This document shows, in pieces, positions 60,753 to 64,000 of a DNA stretch of 64,000 bases. Under the pieces are notes generated by a model, which saw only the letters and a program-made list of their open reading frames with translations, did no database searches and was not told the origin of the DNA. Numbering within the stretch: the stretch's first letter is position 1; each line of letters begins with the position of its first letter. The stretch is from assembly GCA_963735805.1 (NCBI GenBank), contig CAVTMK010000002.1, positions 288,001 through 352,000 of the forward strand, in the 5' to 3' direction. A program made the translations under genes and the position numbers. This DNA is from an uncultured Verrucomicrobiae bacterium. Its GTDB lineage: Bacteria > Verrucomicrobiota > Verrucomicrobiia > Chthoniobacterales > UBA10450.

Positions 60753-62847
60753 CTACGGAGTCGGTCGCGGGTGCGGCGTGGGCCGCGGCCTTGGTGTAGT
60801 TCTTGGCGTCGCCGTTGGCGTAGCAGTAGGTGTGTACACTTGCAGTTGCGGTTGGCGTAGGTGTGGCCGTAGGTGTCGGAGTAGGCGAAGCTGTCGGAGT
60901 CGGTGTTGGTGTTGCCGTTGGTGTCGGTGTCGGTGTCGGTGTGCCACCGCCCTGGCTGGGTGCCTGGATTTCAACCGTCATCGGGTCGCCAGTCTTAAAG
61001 AAGCCTACTGTCGCATTGGCAGTCTGCGGCGGCTGATCAGAATCGAATCGGAAATTATACAACGTGCCCCATCGAATCGCGTTGGCATTCTGATTAGTGG
61101 CAAAGGTTTCCGTGCTCCAGGTGATGGAGCTAGCCTGCTGATCAACGTCCCATGGCGTGCTGCTAAACCCGGCATCTCCCTGGGTACCGTCATGCGGCCA
61201 ACCGGGATGCTGCGGCGGCGCGTGGAAATCGATGTTGCTTACGCTAGCTCCAGCTATCGGCACGCTGAAGGATTGAATAGCACGATCCAGGTTCATGTTA
61301 AAAAGCGCATACTCATAGTGCCAGACGCCGGCTGATGGATTGGTCACTTTGTAGCCCATGAACCAATGTCCATCGTTACCCGGGTCGGGCTCGAGCTCGC
61401 TCACTGTTGCGCCGGTAGCTGCCCAGGCCTGGATCGCAGGCTGCATTCGCACGGTGTTACCGGCCTGGTTAAATATGAAATTGGTAGGCCCGCCACTGAC
61501 CAGAAACTTCTTATAGGAATAATTGTTGAACATGTTGCACTGGTCCGGGTGCGCCTGGCACCAGGCGTACTCATGCGGCGTGATGTAGGCGGCTTCCCCA
61601 TAATAAGTAGCGCCCGAGTTCTGAGCTGGGACCAGGTCAGTCATGTTAGTCAGGATCCGGTGCGACACACCGTCATGGTTATGGCCGCTGTGATCGTTCG
61701 CATTCGATGGGAAAGATCCAGTGAAAGGATTGACCCACGCGCGCGAACCGATCTGATCTTGATCGCCATTCAAGGAGGACACATAGGGGTCGGAGCAGCC
61801 CGGACACAGGTGCGTGCCTGTTTGGCAACCAGAAGTGTCACAAGTGCCGCAGACGGTATCTTCCAATGCCTCGAACGTATGTTTCATCCATGATTGGCCG
61901 ATTTGTTCGAAGCGCTCGTCATTGGTCGCGCCTCCGCTCATACGATACAAATTCTGCGGAACGAGCGGGTGATCGGTCTGAGGCAAGGCGAACCAATCGA
62001 TTGGCTGGTCGCCATTGTTGCAGGAGTCAGTTCCTATTGCCAGACCAACCTGTGTTGCGTTGTTTCCCTGTTGGTCCACGTCTTCGATGTCTCCAACGAT
62101 CACATCGGGCCCTGGTACAAGGTTCGGCGTACCTGGTGTGATCGCATGTTGCAGGGGCGGCATCACCAGCGACTGAGGCTGGCCATTCGCAAACTGAGTG
62201 ATCTCCGTTGGCTGCATTACCGCGCCGACGGAGATTGCTCCAACGGCTGCGCCAGCGTCCGATGGACGGCCAAGCGCGTTGGCAAATTCTTTTGAAACGA
62301 CCAGTCTGCCATTCGTTATGGCGAGCGACTGCGCATTGGTGTCATATTCGTACTGCGACCCCTGGACATTAAAGAACGTGAATCCGGTGTTGCTGTCGCG
62401 CACGGCAAGATCGGACCCTTGACCCGAAGGAAGTTTTTCGACTACGAGCCGATTGAGAGATGCATTTAACGGTGCGGGAAAGGCCGCGCCATCCTGGGGG
62501 ATCAACGCCATCGATCCTGGCTCGATCGCGCGAAACATGTTGTTGAAGATCAGAATGGGAAAGAACGAGTTGGCCGCTACAGCGAAATGCACTTGCGGGA
62601 GATTTTGTCCCGCAGTCGCGGGATGGGAGCTGATTCCGTTCAACTGATTAAGATCGAGACTTAGCGTGACGGTTCCGTTCTCCACAATCATCTTTTGAAG
62701 TGTACCGGTCGCAGGGGTTGTAGCCACGGCGCTCTGCCGCCGTGCCGCCGTGAGCGACGACCCTAGAGCGCCTCGACACAGCGAGGCGGCTACAACAACG
62801 AACACGAGTACAGAGAGTGTGAGAGTGATTAGAATTTTCTTTTGCAT
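60753..62847 (-). CDS. Secreted Cys-rich protein, paralog D (lysyl-oxidase-like core), +1 frameshift near 60835 in the PT linker
   Basis: QSWMKHTFEALEDTVC...LCPGCSDPY; alternative frame (track 60753..60974) ends [17 protein letters not shown]; span 3n+1. Confidence 0.8.
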
Positions 62848-63015
62848 TGTTTTTGTCCTCCGATTCCTCTTTGCGCCGGTTGTCCGGCCCGGCGAGTAAA
62901 GTTGTAACTTCTCTCACGGCAGGCGAACGCACGCCACGAAAAAATTATGGAAATTTCCGTGTGTGTAAGGCCGCGCCCTACACGTCACGAATTGGACAAG
63001 CGAGCGTCGCTCAAC

Positions 63016-63220
63016 GGTGGATCGACTTCTCCTGAAAATGCCAGTCCGGTCGAAGACTCGCCGTGGAGAGCTCGGACCGATGGCAAAGGGGTTCGCCGTA
63101 GGCGGCATAACATATTTTAGGCGGCAAGCCGCAAAGATTCCTAACCAACGCGTTGAGGACAACGCGTTCCACCTGGCAAGCCAGCGCGCTGAGGAGTCGC
63201 CGCGGCGACCGTTCCACCCG
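63016..63220. repeat. GGTGGA-type REP-like palindromes
   Basis: CAACGCGTTGAGGACAACGCGTTCCACC also at about 54540 and, degenerate, at about 52440. Confidence 0.7.
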
Positions 63221-63270
63221 AATCTCGAACCACGATTCACGACTAATGAATTTCGAATCACCGAGAACCT

Positions 63271-64000
63271 TTAATGTTTTAAGCCTTTGGTCTTTCCTTC
63301 CACCAGTCCTGCAGCTTCGCGATCCAGCGCGGCGTAATCGAGTTTGCGCGGCTGCAAATAAAATTCGTCAATGACGATCTGCACCAGCGCGGCGGCCGGG
63401 ACGGCGAGAAAAACGCCCAACAAACCGAACATCGTGGCCGTGGCAAGGGTAAAGAACAAAATGTTGACCGGATGGAGTCGCATCTCTTTGCCCAGCACAC
63501 CCGGCACAAGAACATTCAGCTCGACCTGGTAAACCAGCACGATCACGCCGAGAGCGAGCCAGAATTTGGTCGCGCCGAGACTCAACGCGACCAGCAGAAT
63601 GGGAATCGCAACGAGAAACGCGCCGATGTTTGGCAGAAATTCACCGAGAAACGCAAACACGCCAAACATCAGCGCAGGCTGGACGCCGATCAGCCATAAC
63701 GCGACGCCAATGGAGACGCCGGTAATAACGCCATTGATGGCGACACCGCGCGCCCAGGCGGTCATCTGTCGCATAAGCCTAACGAGAGTACGATGGGCTT
63801 GCGCGCGGTAGCGATCGGGCGCGAGCGCCAGGTATGCGGACACCAGCGGACGCGGGCTGGCCAGCACAAAGACCAGCAACAGAATAGCGAACACAAAGCT
63901 GGCGACGCCGCCGACCAGACCAATTGTGGACCGTAACAAAATGTTTCCCACTGTTCCGGCAGCTGCGCCGACTTTCCCGGCGATTTCATCGGTGCGCGGC
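63271..64000 (-). CDS. AI-2E family (PerM/YhhT) transporter, 5' part off right edge
   Basis: EFLPNIGA, LVP.VLGKEMRLHPV, FGLLGVFLAVPAAA; frame open to the window end. Confidence 0.88.
   Translation of the reverse strand, partial: PRTDEIAGKVGAAAGTVGNILLRSTIGLVGGVASFVFAILLLVFVLASPRPLVSAYLALAPDRYRAQAHRTLVRLMRQMTAWARGVAINGVITGVSIGVALWLIGVQPALMFGVFAFLGEFLPNIGAFLVAIPILLVALSLGATKFWLALGVIVLVYQVELNVLVPGVLGKEMRLHPVNILFFTLATATMFGLLGVFLAVPAAALVQIVIDEFYLQPRKLDYAALDREAAGLVEGKTKGLKH

Overview
A 64-kb bacterial chromosomal segment. Protein style suggests a soil Verrucomicrobiota (Chthoniobacterales-like) genome; this is inference only. (1) 1-19 kb: envelope glyco/lipid locus (flippase, GT9, two GT-C enzymes, epimerase, GT2, YdjC deacetylase, two CDP-alcohol phosphotransferases), an ABC/MFP/double-TolC exporter and inositol-3-phosphate synthase. 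(2) 19-30 kb: AddAB-type helicase/nuclease genes coupled to a complete selenocysteine operon (selW-like, selC, selD, selA, selB). Two in-frame UGA selenoproteins there are missed or truncated by the ORF track. (3) 30-38 kb: outer-membrane protein, a 2x alphaCTD + sigma-4 protein, CusRS-like pair, VKOR/DsbA. (4) 38-63 kb: nine secreted proteins ending in a shared Pro/Arg-rich C-terminal motif. Four are paralogs whose Cys-rich core resembles the lysyl-oxidase catalytic domain, with the LTQ-type Lys and Tyr conserved. This region also has a multicopper oxidase, a NapH/MauN-like polyferredoxin-TPR protein, and a RAYT transposase with REP arrays. Several REP/palindromic elements are read in frame within the N-termini of the secreted proteins. 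Single-base frameshifts in the right half may be assembly errors.
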